NCBI GenBank assembly: GCA_043783625.1
Contig: JAYVZE010000049.1
Span: 32,656 to 96,655, forward strand
DNA length: 64,000 nucleotides
Source of the DNA: Blastocatellia bacterium
Lineage (GTDB): Bacteria > Acidobacteriota > Blastocatellia > RBC074
Direction: 5' to 3'
How positions within the stretch are numbered: the stretch's first letter is position 1; each line of letters starts with the position of its first letter. Positions 32,049-42,396 of the stretch are shown here, piece by piece. The notes beneath the pieces are model-generated. The model searched no databases and had not been told where the DNA came from. It saw only the letters and a program-made list of their open reading frames with translations. Position numbers and translations under genes: made by a program.

Positions 32049-32627
32049 TTGAATTCTTCACCACAAATTATCATCCTTGCCGGGCCGAATGGAGCGGGTA
32101 AATCTACGATGGCTCCGTATTTATTGCGTGATTGGTTAGGGCTGATGGAATTTGTAAATGCTGATGTGATTGCCAGCGGGTTATCAGCGTTTGATCCAGA
32201 ACATGCTGCGATGGACGCAGGGCGAGTGATGCTGAATCGGTTGCGTGAGTTAGCTGTGCAAAAAAAGAATTTTGCTTTTGAAACTACGTTGGCGACACGT
32301 TCTTATGCGAAATGGTTGCGGCAACTCCGGCAGGAAGGGTATCGCATCAATTTAATTTTTGTCGCGCTTGATAGTGCTGACTTGGCAGTGCAAAGAGTGA
32401 ACGCACGAGTGGCTGCTGGTGGACATAACATTCCCGAAGAAACGATCAGACGCCGCTATGAAAAAGGAGTTCGCAATTTTTTTCATTTGTATCAGGAATT
32501 AGTAGAAACGTGGGCTGTCTACGATAATTCAGTTTTACAATCGTCACAGCTTGTGGCGGAAGGAGAAGGGCGAAGCGTCAAAGCGATTCATCTGCCAAGA
32601 CAATGGAGCAGTTTTTGTAATGCCTGA
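32049..32627 (+). CDS. Zeta-toxin-like P-loop kinase/ATPase
   Basis: AGPNGAGKST, FVNADVIA, FAFETTL, RVAAGGHNIPE. Confidence 0.85.
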   Translation: MNSSPQIIILAGPNGAGKSTMAPYLLRDWLGLMEFVNADVIASGLSAFDPEHAAMDAGRVMLNRLRELAVQKKNFAFETTLATRSYAKWLRQLRQEGYRINLIFVALDSADLAVQRVNARVAAGGHNIPEETIRRRYEKGVRNFFHLYQELVETWAVYDNSVLQSSQLVAEGEGRSVKAIHLPRQWSSFCNA

Positions 32628-32635
32628 GAGTTATC

Positions 32636-32836
32636 ATGAAACAACAATCACAGCTTCCCGATAAACTTTTGACTACGCATAGTAAGGAAATCGAAGAAAT
32701 CTTGCGTCGTGCGGTTCAAAATGCCTTATGGAAACATAAGCAATTAGGGCAATCCATCGCCGTTTCGCGTAATGGTAAAGTCGTCATCATTCCACCTGAA
32801 GAAATTCAAGTGGATGAAGAAAATTTGCAACGATAA
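32636..32836 (+). CDS. Small partner protein of the zeta-like ATPase
   Basis: AVQNALWKHKQLGQSIAVSRNGKVVIIPPEEI; 8 bp downstream of the ATPase. Confidence 0.7.
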   Translation: MKQQSQLPDKLLTTHSKEIEEILRRAVQNALWKHKQLGQSIAVSRNGKVVIIPPEEIQVDEENLQR

Positions 32837-32847
32837 AAATTCTATTC

Positions 32848-33387
32848 TTACTGAGATTTTTCTTCTTCTTCGCCTTTCAGCAAAAGATTGATGTACTGCA
32901 CGACGCCTTTGTTGGTAATGCCTTTGTTGATGCGGTCAGTCCAGATGCAGAGGGCGCGTGCCAGTTTCGATTGGGTTTCTACCAGTGTCACTCCGAAATG
33001 GTTCAGGTGAAATTTTGCTCCGCTCAGCTCTACATCCACATCGCCAATTTCTAAAAGCATATCCGGGCAATGCGCTGATTTTTCGATCTTGGCGGAGATA
33101 TTATTCGTGGTGATGTTGGCGGGGATCTTGGCGATTGGCTGATTCAGTGCTTTGGCAATTTTTGTGCGTTCGGCTTCTGGCAAGGTATAGACGAGGTTCC
33201 CGATCAACGTTCCGTCCTGATTCGCAGACGCCAGTGTGAAGACAGCCGCTCCTTTAATTTCTAATTTCTCAGCTTGCGCGACAACAATTTTACTGGCGGT
33301 CGAAAGTGTTTCGGTATGTTTGATTTTGTCTTGAGCGGCGGCAGAAATGCATAACAAACAGATGAAAAGAAAAGCGTGAAAATTCAT
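32848..33387 (-). CDS. Hypothetical secreted protein
   Basis: Signal peptide MNFHAFLFICLLCISAAAQ. Confidence 0.65.
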   Translation of the reverse strand: MNFHAFLFICLLCISAAAQDKIKHTETLSTASKIVVAQAEKLEIKGAAVFTLASANQDGTLIGNLVYTLPEAERTKIAKALNQPIAKIPANITTNNISAKIEKSAHCPDMLLEIGDVDVELSGAKFHLNHFGVTLVETQSKLARALCIWTDRINKGITNKGVVQYINLLLKGEEEEKSQ

Positions 33388-33482
33388 ACAGATAAAAATA
33401 ATAATGGCGCAATCAACCAGAGGGAGCAGTCCTAAAACTGAATGCTCGCAACGAGGGGATTGCGCCAATTTGTTAAGGTTCG

Positions 33483-35396
33483 TTATCGAACCGAGGCGTA
33501 AATCTTGCCGTCCAGAACGGTGATCGTATCTTTAATGCGGTTGTAAATAGCATCCGCATCAATGCCAAATTTTGCGTGCAGCAACGATTGACTGCCGTGT
33601 GGAATCAGCACATCGGGCAAGCCTAAACGGATGACACGCGGACCTGCATATAGAGCATTATTCGCTTCCATCATTTCGAGGACAGCACTGCCGAAACCGC
33701 AATTCAAGTACGATTCTTCGACGGTCAAAATTAAGCGATGAGATTGTGTTAACGCCAACAGTAAATCTTCATCTAAAGGTTTGACGAAGCGAGCGTTGAC
33801 GACTGTTGCGCGAATTCCTTCTTTGGCTAAACGATCTGCTGCTTTTAATGCCGCGTACGTCGCAGTTCCGAACGCGAAGATGGCTATGTCGCCGCTGACA
33901 TCGGTCACGAGTTCTGCTTTGCCAATTTCCAGGGGACGAATTTGTTCGTCCATGGAGACGCCAAAACCATTGCCACGCGGGTAGCGCAACGAAGCTGGAT
34001 GCCCGCAATCAATTGCAGTCAGCAGCATCCGACGTAATTCATTTTCATCTTTGGGAGCCATCACGATTTGATTCGGCATGATACGCAAAAATCCAACATC
34101 CAATAATCCGTGATGCGTCGGGCCATCGGCTCCCGCAATGCCACCGCGATCCATTGCAAAAGTGACAGGCAAATCCATCAGGCAAACATCGTGATAAATT
34201 TGATCGAAGGCGCGTTGCAGGAACGTCGAATAAATTGCGACGACAGGCTTGAAGCCCTGTGTTGCCATTCCGGCGCAGAAGGTGACGGCGTGTTGTTCGG
34301 CAATTCCCACGTCAATGGCGCGTTTGGGAAATTCCTTCATCACCTTGCTTATGCCGGTTCCATCGGGCATCGCCGCAGTCACCGCCGTGACTTTTTCATC
34401 CTGCCGCATGATGTCAATCAATGCACTAGCGAACACCGCCGTGAACGAAGGCGCAGGAGCTGATTCCTTAATAAATTTCCCGCTCGACACTTCAAAAGCG
34501 GAAGTTCCATGCCACGTTGATTGATCGGCTTCGGCAGGCGCGTAACCTTTGCCTTTGACCGTCAGCGTGTGAATGATAATTGGACCATCTGCTTGCTTGG
34601 CTTCTTCAAGAGCTTTTAGTAATGCGCCAGTATCGTGACCGTTGACCGGCCCCATATATCGGAAGCCGAGTTCTTCGACGAAAACTCCCGGGACGATGGC
34701 AGTCTTGATCGCGTCTTTGACATCTTTGGCAGTTTGGAAAACGAGGTCACCAATGCCTGGAATCGCTTTCAGAATTTCTTCAAAATCTTCTTTGAAGCGA
34801 TGATAGGTTTGTCCTTTTCTGAGGCGCGTTAAATATCCTTCCAACGCACCAACTGAAGGCGAAATAGACATTTCATTATCATTGAGAATAATGATGAGCT
34901 TTGTTTTCAAGTGTCCGGCTTGATTAATGGCTTCGCACGCCATGCCTGTCATGATCGAAGAATCACCGATGACGGCAACGACGTGATTTTTATCTCCGGC
35001 GATGTCGCGGGCGACTGCCATGCCGAGTGCTGCGGAAAGCGAAGTCCCGGCGTGTCCGGCTTCAAATTCATCGTAGACACTTTCGTCACGCTTGAGAAAT
35101 CCTGATAAGCCATCGTACTGGCGAATGGTATGCAATTGATCGCGTCGTCCGGTCAGAATTTTATGCACATAAGCCTGATGACCTACGTCCCAGACCAATT
35201 TGTCTTTGGGCGTTTCAAAAGCATAATGCAAAGCAATGGCCAGTTCGACTGCGCCGAGGCTGGCTCCGGTATGACCTCCGATTTTGGAAAGAGTTTCGAT
35301 CATGTATTCACGCGCTTCAGCGGCAACTTGTGGAAGTTGCTCCGGCTTAAGCTGGCGTAAATCGGCAGGGTCGTTAATTTGCTTTAGTAAATTCAT
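33483..35396 (-). CDS. dxs: 1-deoxy-D-xylulose-5-phosphate synthase
   Basis: WDVGHQAYVHK, GHAGTS, LNDNEMSI, GIAEQHA, DGPTHHG, RYPRG. Confidence 0.98.
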   Translation of the reverse strand: MNLLKQINDPADLRQLKPEQLPQVAAEAREYMIETLSKIGGHTGASLGAVELAIALHYAFETPKDKLVWDVGHQAYVHKILTGRRDQLHTIRQYDGLSGFLKRDESVYDEFEAGHAGTSLSAALGMAVARDIAGDKNHVVAVIGDSSIMTGMACEAINQAGHLKTKLIIILNDNEMSISPSVGALEGYLTRLRKGQTYHRFKEDFEEILKAIPGIGDLVFQTAKDVKDAIKTAIVPGVFVEELGFRYMGPVNGHDTGALLKALEEAKQADGPIIIHTLTVKGKGYAPAEADQSTWHGTSAFEVSSGKFIKESAPAPSFTAVFASALIDIMRQDEKVTAVTAAMPDGTGISKVMKEFPKRAIDVGIAEQHAVTFCAGMATQGFKPVVAIYSTFLQRAFDQIYHDVCLMDLPVTFAMDRGGIAGADGPTHHGLLDVGFLRIMPNQIVMAPKDENELRRMLLTAIDCGHPASLRYPRGNGFGVSMDEQIRPLEIGKAELVTDVSGDIAIFAFGTATYAALKAADRLAKEGIRATVVNARFVKPLDEDLLLALTQSHRLILTVEESYLNCGFGSAVLEMMEANNALYAGPRVIRLGLPDVLIPHGSQSLLHAKFGIDADAIYNRIKDTITVLDGKIYASVR

Positions 35397-35547
35397 AAAA
35401 TTCCAGGCTACTTCGTGAGTGACGAATTAAGCGTGAATCGTCATCGAATTGTAGAATTATAGCAGGAGATAGTCTTAAAAATACAATAACCGAAGCGGCA
35501 AAAAAATAATGAGAGACAAATATGACAATCCTGACAATAGTGAAATT

Positions 35548-36414
35548 TTAGTAAGAGCCGGAGGATTTTACACTCACTGGCATTTGACCTTTGGATTCCT
35601 GGACAATAGCGATTCCCGCGCTCGCGCCAATGCGCGTAGCTCCTGCCGCAATCATTTCGCGTGCTGAAGTTAAATCTTTCACACCGCCTGCTGCTTTGAC
35701 ACCGATACTTGCACCGACGGCTTGCCGCATCAATGCGATGTCCGCGACAGTCGCGCCGCCTTTGCTGAATCCCGTCGAAGTCTTGACAAAATCAGCACCT
35801 GCTTCTTTCGCAAGCAAACACGCACGTGTTTTTTCTTCGTCGGTGAGCAGCGCAGTTTCGATGATCGTTTTGACGATGGCGCAGGATTCGTGCGCGGCTT
35901 CGACAACGGCGAGGATGTCGCGGAAAACAATATCAGCAAGCCCGGATTTCAACGCGCCGATATTGATGACCATATCAATTTCGGTTGCGCCGTCGAGGAT
36001 TGCACGGCGCGTTTCATACGCTTTTACGTCGGGCAGAGTCGCGCCGAGTGGAAACCCGATCACCGTGCAAACCTTCACCGGCGAGCCGAGCAACAACAAC
36101 GCCGATTGCTTGACCCACGTCGGATTCACGCAAACCGAAGCGAAACTAAATGTCCGCGCTTCATGACAAAGTTTTTCGATTTCGGCTTTGGTCGCGTCAG
36201 GTTTGAGCAACGTGTGGTCAATGTATTTTGCGACTTCGGCATTGGCGGCGGCGGATTCACCAAACGCTAAGCCAATGCGCGAAGCTCCAGCGTCGAGTGC
36301 GCACGCGAGTGAATGCGGTGTGCATCCGCAATGCGCATCGTTGATTGTGCCGTTCAAGCGCGCGAAGACTAAGTCGGTGATTTGTTCGATTAAGGTATTT
36401 ATTTCAGTAGCCAT
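35548..36414 (-). CDS. deoC: Deoxyribose-phosphate aldolase with N-terminal extension
   Basis: [39 protein letters not shown]. Confidence 0.95.
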   Translation of the reverse strand: MATEINTLIEQITDLVFARLNGTINDAHCGCTPHSLACALDAGASRIGLAFGESAAANAEVAKYIDHTLLKPDATKAEIEKLCHEARTFSFASVCVNPTWVKQSALLLLGSPVKVCTVIGFPLGATLPDVKAYETRRAILDGATEIDMVINIGALKSGLADIVFRDILAVVEAAHESCAIVKTIIETALLTDEEKTRACLLAKEAGADFVKTSTGFSKGGATVADIALMRQAVGASIGVKAAGGVKDLTSAREMIAAGATRIGASAGIAIVQESKGQMPVSVKSSGSY

Positions 36415-36532
36415 TAACAACAACTCTTTCTCGGACGTTCTTCATCCGGTGGCTGACCCGCAGTATATCCGCGCAGCACATTACAAATGATATGCCACAG
36501 ATGCTGAACTTGTTGAAGTAGGGAATGATTCA

Positions 36533-37342
36533 TTATTTCAACACAACCTTACGCACGATACCTTGGAACCACGAGAGCGGCAACAATCTGCGCAGTGCCA
36601 ACAACGGCGCAGAGTTCACTTGATACCGCAATTTTCCTGAACCATCCGTAGCCGCTTGATAAATTACTTTTGCGACTTTTTCCGGCCCTGGCGCAGTCTC
36701 GCCGAACTTGTTCATGTTCGCCATCGCTTTGTTGACATAAGCATCATACGCCGTTAAGTCCGGCTTCGTCATGACATCCATCGAGCGATCGTAAAAATCT
36801 GTTTTGATCGCACCGGGTTCGATGATTTTGATGCGGATGTTGAAGGGCTGCAATTCAAACTACAGCGATTCAGAAAATCCTTCGACCGCCCATTTTGTGC
36901 CGTGATAAAGGCTGTAGAGCGGAAACGTCAACTGTCCGCCCATCGAAGCGACGTTGATAATTGTGCCACCGCGTTGTTCACGAAAATGCGGAATAATTTC
37001 GCGGCACACATTCATCAATCCAAAAACATTTGTATCAAATTGTCGTTGAATTTGTTCGTTCGTCGAAGCTTCAAACGCTCCGACTAAACCGTACCCTGCG
37101 TTATTGACAACCGCATCAATACGTCCGAATTTATTGATCGTATCGCTGATTGCTTGTTTGATGGAATCAATCTCAAGCACGTCTAATCGCATTAAGGTGA
37201 CGTTGCTGTGCTGCGCCCACTCACCAGCTTTTTCAGGCGTGCGCATCGTAGCGACCATCTTCCAACCACGTTCCGCAAAATAAATCGCCGTCGCTTTGCC
37301 GATGCCGGAAGATGAGCCTGTGATGAGAATTGTTTGGGGCAT
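36533..37342 (-). pseudogene. SDR oxidoreductase interrupted by an in-frame TAG at 36860-36862
   Basis: TGSSSGIG, NNAGYG, YHGTK...FSESL*FELQPFNIRIKIIEPG, same frame either side of the stop. Confidence 0.85.
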
Positions 37343-37383
37343 AATTTCTCTTTAGTTTTTATTCGCGAAGAAAACAATAGAAA

Positions 37384-37495
37384 TCAAAAGGCAAATATCA
37401 AAAGTCAAAAAGCAAAAGGTCGGAAGATATTTTTCTTTTTATCTGAAAAAAATAAAGTGCCGCCCTTTTGCCTTTTGACTTGCATTTTGTTTTTG
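37384..37495. repeat. Heptamer-repeat palindrome (CAAAAGG / CTTTTG family)
   Basis: TCAAAAGGCAAATATCAAAAGTCAAAAAGCAAAAGG ... CCTTTTGCCTTTTGACTTGCATTTTGTTTTTG. Confidence 0.75.
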
Positions 37496-37501
37496 GAAGA
37501 A

Positions 37502-39217
37502 TTAATCAAATTTCGGATGCATCGTATGCCACTTCGTCGCTTTCTCATACGCCAGCGCAACTCGCAGCGGCGTCACCTCATCGTACAATTTGCCCGTAAA
37601 CATTATGGCTTGCGGCAAATTGTTGATGAAGCCGCAGGGCAAGACAGCTTGCGGATGTCCGGTCAAATTGGTAATCAACAAACTCGCGCTGCCCGGTGCA
37701 GGTGACACGAACGCGTCCCAATTTTGCATGAGCGTTTCCATTTCGCGCATCAGCAAAGTGCGGGCGCGTTGAGCGCGTAAATATTCAACTGCGGGAATGA
37801 AACGCGCAGAGCGAAACGAATTCGGCCAATCGTTCGGGCTTTGTCCTGAAAGCTGATTGATGCCGCCGTCGCGCGTCAAATCGTCAAACGCCGTAGCCGC
37901 TTCTGCGGTCAAAATAATCCGCAAACTATCCGTGGAAAATTTCGGTAATTCGAGAGGTTCTAATTTTGCGCCCGCGCTGCGCAAGGCATCCAACGCTTCG
38001 GCGTACATTTTCTTTCGTGGTTCATCCGTGCCGCTTTCAAATTCTGTTTTGAGATACCCGATTTTCAACTTGGAAATATTGGTGTCCGGCGTCCAATTGA
38101 ATGGCACATCCAGCGCAGTTTCATCGCGTCCGTCCGCGCCATAGATCGCGTCCAGCACCAGCGCACAATCTTCGATGCTGCGACAAATCGGGCCGACTTT
38201 ATCCATCGTCCAACTCAGTGCCATCGCGCCGTAGCGACTCACGCGCCCGTAGGTCGGACGCAAGCCCGCAACGCCGCAGCGCGAAGACGGAGAAACAATC
38301 GAGCCGAGTGTTTCAGTCCCAATTGCAAAGCCCACAAGTCCCGCCGAGGTTGCCGAAGCTGCGCCTGCGGATGAACCGCTGGAACCAATGCGGTCTTCTT
38401 CTGGTTGCCATGGATTGCGCGTCACGCCCGCGAACCATCTGCCGCCTTGTGCTAACGCGCCCATCGAAAGTTTCGCCAATAAAATCGCACCTGCCTCGCG
38501 CAACCGCTCAACGACAGTCGCATCATAATCAATCATCTGATTGCGATACGGCTCCGCGCCCCATGTCGTCGGGATGCCTTTTGTAGCGAACAAATCTTTT
38601 ACGCCGCACGGAATGCCATGCAACGCCCCGCGATATTTGCCGCGCTTGATTTCAGCTTCAGCTTGCGCGGCTTGTTTGAGCGCGAGTTCTTCCGTCAGCG
38701 TGACTACGTTCAGCAATTTGGGCGAATATTTTTTCAGCCGCGCCAGATACATTTTCGTTAATTCAACGGGCGAAACTTTTTTGGTGCGGACAAGTTCGGA
38801 CAATTGGGCTACGGAACAGAACGCGAGGTCTTCAAGCGAATTATATTTCGGGATTTCGACTTTGCCAGCTTTGATCTTGCCGCGTTGTGGTGTTTGCGAA
38901 GGCAATTTTTTGGCAGGCAATGCGGGATGAAACGAAGTCGCCAGCGGCGTATCAAGCGGGACATTAATTTTGCGGAGCGATTCATAGCGTGCGAGATTTT
39001 GATTAACGTTATTCAGTGCCATCATCTCGTGCGCTTCGGTGAATTCGATACCGAAGATTTGCTCGGATGTGCGCAAAATTTCTTTGGTGATTTTTTGCGG
39101 GGACTGTACTTGCTGTGCAGGGCTGTTGATGTTAGTGAGCGATAAGCTTGCCACGCCAGCAGCAGGAAACGTTTTGACGAATGAACGGCGGGTGATAGAT
39201 CGAAACTTCTTTTTCAT
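37502..39217 (-). CDS. Amidase (amidase-signature family), Tat-like signal
   Basis: TRRSFVK, GIPCGVKDL, GSSGSSAG, GTETLGSI. Confidence 0.92.
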   Translation of the reverse strand: MKKKFRSITRRSFVKTFPAAGVASLSLTNINSPAQQVQSPQKITKEILRTSEQIFGIEFTEAHEMMALNNVNQNLARYESLRKINVPLDTPLATSFHPALPAKKLPSQTPQRGKIKAGKVEIPKYNSLEDLAFCSVAQLSELVRTKKVSPVELTKMYLARLKKYSPKLLNVVTLTEELALKQAAQAEAEIKRGKYRGALHGIPCGVKDLFATKGIPTTWGAEPYRNQMIDYDATVVERLREAGAILLAKLSMGALAQGGRWFAGVTRNPWQPEEDRIGSSGSSAGAASATSAGLVGFAIGTETLGSIVSPSSRCGVAGLRPTYGRVSRYGAMALSWTMDKVGPICRSIEDCALVLDAIYGADGRDETALDVPFNWTPDTNISKLKIGYLKTEFESGTDEPRKKMYAEALDALRSAGAKLEPLELPKFSTDSLRIILTAEAATAFDDLTRDGGINQLSGQSPNDWPNSFRSARFIPAVEYLRAQRARTLLMREMETLMQNWDAFVSPAPGSASLLITNLTGHPQAVLPCGFINNLPQAIMFTGKLYDEVTPLRVALAYEKATKWHTMHPKFD

Positions 39218-39248
39218 GTCACTATAAAACTAAGTAGAGGGTACGGGT

Positions 39249-39755
39249 TTAGATTAAATTTCTTAGATGATTAAGATTTATGACATCAATACCGCTATTT
39301 TTCAGGTATCCAGCAAGTCGAGAATCATTAGTTAGCACCAGATACTTTTTACCAATACTGATGATCCCTGTGTCTGCCAAGCCGAATTGGAGAAACTCTG
39401 ATTTTTTTGAGATGGCGGAGCTTGATTCGCAAATCTCACCAAATGCGCTGATTAATTGAGAAAATATCTCGAATAATGCTGAGTTGATTTTATTGGCTTT
39501 GTCGTTAGGTTTGAATTGGGCTGCAAAATCACTAACTTCAGTCAAAATATGAGGCGTGGTGAAAACTTTAGGAAATAAGCCAATAAGTTTGTCTAATAAT
39601 TGAAAGTCATCCAAACTAAATTCACAGGTTTTTTTAAATGTAGAAATTTCATGAGGGGCAAATGTACCGATAATGTAGAGTAAGAGTAAATTGGTATCAA
39701 TTAATACTCCGGTTTTATGATAACGCTGAATTAAGGTTAAAGCGTAATCATTCAC
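39249..39755 (-). CDS. PIN domain protein
   Basis: LIDTNLL, TPHILTEV, GLADTG, VLTND; AT-rich. Confidence 0.8.
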   Translation of the reverse strand: MNDYALTLIQRYHKTGVLIDTNLLLLYIIGTFAPHEISTFKKTCEFSLDDFQLLDKLIGLFPKVFTTPHILTEVSDFAAQFKPNDKANKINSALFEIFSQLISAFGEICESSSAISKKSEFLQFGLADTGIISIGKKYLVLTNDSRLAGYLKNSGIDVINLNHLRNLI

Positions 39756-40039
39756 GCTGTTTGTGCCTCTCTTATCTTCATCGAAACAAAATTGCCAGAG
39801 GTAGAGTCAATCTTAAATACTTTATATATTCTAACGGAAGGTCTCAGCGCATAGCTGATTTTCTGTAAATCATTTTTTGGATTCATCGGTGGAGGTGCTG
39901 TAAAGCCTAAAGTTATGAGCCAAAATTTACCATCTTCTGACTGTTCAATTTCTTCTAGCAATAGATTATCAGGCTCGTAACTATATACTTCTTTAACCTT
40001 ATTAACGGCTGCTGAAACAGCTTTTTTTGCTTCAATCAT
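39752..40039 (-). CDS. Hypothetical protein coupled to the PIN gene
   Basis: LLEEIE..WLITLGF..YKVFKID; stop overlaps PIN start. Confidence 0.7.
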   Translation of the reverse strand: MIEAKKAVSAAVNKVKEVYSYEPDNLLLEEIEQSEDGKFWLITLGFTAPPPMNPKNDLQKISYALRPSVRIYKVFKIDSTSGNFVSMKIREAQTA

Positions 40040-40224
40040 ATTTTTACCTCTGAAATCATTTTTCTTTCAGAAAAGAGAATAAATCAAAAGAAGATCAGTC
40101 ACAATAAAATTGAATTAACCGTGAACAACTTGAAAAAAATGCTGCCCATTTTTGTGGGTCAAGTTTGCTTTCGTTAGCACCTTGATTGCCTTCAATCCGC
40201 TTACGGGAAATCTGGCGTGGGAAC

Positions 40225-40256
40225 AAAAAGAAACAGCAGCCGATCATTGGCTGCTG
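40225..40256 (-). terminator. Intrinsic terminator of the HU/IHF gene
   Basis: Minus strand CAGCAGCCA-ATGAT-CGGCTGCTG-TTTCTTTT. Confidence 0.75.
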
Positions 40257-40287
40257 CTTGCAAAAAATTTCAAATGAGGTGGCTTGA

Positions 40288-40551
40288 TTAAGACTGCAAT
40301 TCTTTGCCGGGCTTGAAGCGAATTGTTTTGCCTTCAGGAATGGCAACTTCAGTTCCGGTGCGTGGATTTCTTCCGATGCCGCGCTTACGGGCTTTGACGA
40401 CAAAGACGCCGAAGCCGCGCAATTCAATTCGCTCGCCATTCTTGATTGCGTCTTTCATGGTTTCAAATAATGCTTCGACGGCAATTTCAGCCTTCATTTT
40501 CGGCACACCTGTGCGCTCTGCAACGTTGTTGATGATGTCCAGCTTAATCAC
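40288..40551 (-). CDS. HU/IHF family DNA-binding protein
   Basis: IELRGFGVF, GRNPRTG, RFKPGKEL; GTG start after GAGGA. Confidence 0.95.
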   Translation of the reverse strand: MIKLDIINNVAERTGVPKMKAEIAVEALFETMKDAIKNGERIELRGFGVFVVKARKRGIGRNPRTGTEVAIPEGKTIRFKPGKELQS

Positions 40552-40645
40552 AAAATCCTCCGATAAGTCGTATTGCTTGCTTCCGCTATGTTTCTGAAAA
40601 GGTTGGGAACTCGGTGCTATGTAACGAGTTATAAATGCGAACCGG

Positions 40646-40674
40646 ATTATAGGAAGCTGGCGGGAGGGTGTCAA
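40646..40674 (-). promoter_or_regulatory. Consensus sigma70 promoter for the HU/IHF gene
   Basis: Minus strand TTGACA-17 bp-TATAAT, perfect consensus. Confidence 0.88.
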
Positions 40675-40843
40675 GAAATGAAACTGAAGAAATCAGGAAA
40701 AGTTAAGAAAGCCCTGAAAAACTAGAGAAAAAGAATTTGCTGACAGCGCATTTTTCTTTGCTGAGAGATGATTGCAGAGCTAGTTTTTTGATTTCCATAC
40801 AGGACTTTGCGTAGCATCGGGTTATTGGGTAGACTGCTTCGTT

Positions 40844-40961
40844 AAGTTTGTAGAGTCTGTCAAGTCCATAGAGTTTTGAGAGTCTGAGGAATCCATTTTC
40901 CCAGCTTCATCTGCGCTCAGGACTTTATAGACTTTATGGACTCCATAGATTCTACAGACTT
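40844..40961. repeat. Nonamer-repeat palindromic element upstream of dcd
   Basis: AAGTTTGTAGAGTCTGTCAAGTCCATAGAGT ... GACTTTATAGACTTTATGGACTCCATAGATTCTACAGACTT. Confidence 0.8.
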
Positions 40962-40976
40962 TTTAGCAGGAGAACC

Positions 40977-41567
40977 ATGAGCGTCAAATCAGATAAATGG
41001 ATTTTGCGGATGTGCCGCGAACAGCAATTAATCACGCCTTTTGATGAAGGCTTAGTCCGCGACATTGATGGGCGTCGGATTATTTCCGCCGGACTTTCCA
41101 GTTACGGCTACGATTTGCGTTTGGCGTCTGACGGCTTCCGCGTATTTTCGCCAATTGCCAGTGCTGAAATTGATCCAAAAAATTTTGACGAAAGCTCGCT
41201 GATTAGCGCACCAGTCCGTACAGGCGATGATGGTTCGCAGTATTGGCTGATGCCGCCGCACACCTACGCGCTGGGCGTGACCGTCGAAACGTTCAGCATT
41301 CCGCGCAATGTAATTGGAATTTGCTTAGGAAAATCCACCTACGCGCGTTCAGGAATCATCGTGAATACGACGCCGTTGGAGCCGGGATGGAAGGGAAGGC
41401 TGGTACTTGAATTTTCCAATTCGGCAGATTTGCCCGTCCGCATCTACGCCAACGAAGGCGTCGCGCAGGTGACTTTTTTTGAATCTGATGAAGAATGCGA
41501 AACGTCGTATTCAGACCGCAGCGGAAAATATCAACATCAGGAAGGTTTGGTGACGGCGCGGTTATAA
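40977..41567 (+). CDS. dcd: dCTP deaminase
   Basis: [42 protein letters not shown]. Confidence 0.96.
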   Translation: MSVKSDKWILRMCREQQLITPFDEGLVRDIDGRRIISAGLSSYGYDLRLASDGFRVFSPIASAEIDPKNFDESSLISAPVRTGDDGSQYWLMPPHTYALGVTVETFSIPRNVIGICLGKSTYARSGIIVNTTPLEPGWKGRLVLEFSNSADLPVRIYANEGVAQVTFFESDEECETSYSDRSGKYQHQEGLVTARL

Positions 41568-41593
41568 GAGATTATTACTGAGACGTTTTTTCA

Positions 41594-42328
41594 CTAATTA
41601 AATTTGTATTCTTGATATTTAGAGGGGGCTTGCAGGCTTTGTTTTGATAAAAAATCCCAAGCCAGTTGATTGATTTTGGGAGACAAATTGTAATAATCGT
41701 GATCATGGTTTTTTAGGATTATCATCTCAACAGGAAACCCTTGCTCCTTCAAAAAATCTTTTGTCTTAGTGACTTGCTCAACAGAAAAAAATCTATCTTT
41801 ATCCCCTACGATAAATCCAATCGGTATTTTACGTTTCGCTCTGGAAGTGACTGAATCGCTTGGCAGTGAACCAGCATGTACATAGATTGAAGCAAAATAT
41901 TCTGATTCTAATAAGCCGATTTCTAACGCGAATAAGGCACCTGCCGAATGTCCGAATAAATACACTCTTTTTTCATCTATTGAAAAATCCCGCTTCACTT
42001 TCTCAGTAATTTTGTAAAGGAATTCCGGGCCATCATCTGGGATACTCCATTCACGGGAGTTTTGCGCGTCGGGACCAATTAAAATAAGATTTTCCTTGCT
42101 TGCAATTTCTTTCCATTTTTCCACCAGTGAAAGACCATTCCGTCCTGATCCGTGAAGCAGGATTAGTAGCCCTATAGGTTTTTCGGTAGCAAGTGACGGT
42201 GGTACGAAAAGGTAGTAATTTCGTTCCTTACCAAGAACGGAAATCTTCTCTTTCGAAATCCCTTCAGTGGAAGGAATGAGCAGATAAAGCAGGATTATCG
42301 TAATTAAAATGGATTTGAATAAGTCCAT
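41594..42328 (-). CDS. Secreted alpha/beta hydrolase (esterase/PHB depolymerase-like)
   Basis: Signal peptide, LHGSG, GHSAG nucleophile elbow, GDKD, HDH. Confidence 0.82.
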   Translation of the reverse strand: MDLFKSILITIILLYLLIPSTEGISKEKISVLGKERNYYLFVPPSLATEKPIGLLILLHGSGRNGLSLVEKWKEIASKENLILIGPDAQNSREWSIPDDGPEFLYKITEKVKRDFSIDEKRVYLFGHSAGALFALEIGLLESEYFASIYVHAGSLPSDSVTSRAKRKIPIGFIVGDKDRFFSVEQVTKTKDFLKEQGFPVEMIILKNHDHDYYNLSPKINQLAWDFLSKQSLQAPSKYQEYKFN

Positions 42329-42348
42329 AGTTTCTCCAAAAGAAAATA

Positions 42349-42371
42349 GAGCCTGTCAACTTGACAGGCTC
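42349..42371 (-). terminator. Perfect inverted repeat, likely terminator
   Basis: GAGCCTGTCAA-C-TTGACAGGCTC, T-rich tract follows on minus strand. Confidence 0.6.
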
Positions 42372-42396
42372 CTTCAAAAAATCAAGCTAACTCACG

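Noticed and set aside
36860-36862. Amber recoding (pyrrolysine or alternative genetic code)
   Set aside because: TAG ends normal genes here (brxC, glmS) and no pyl genes are seen; a nonsense mutation is simpler.
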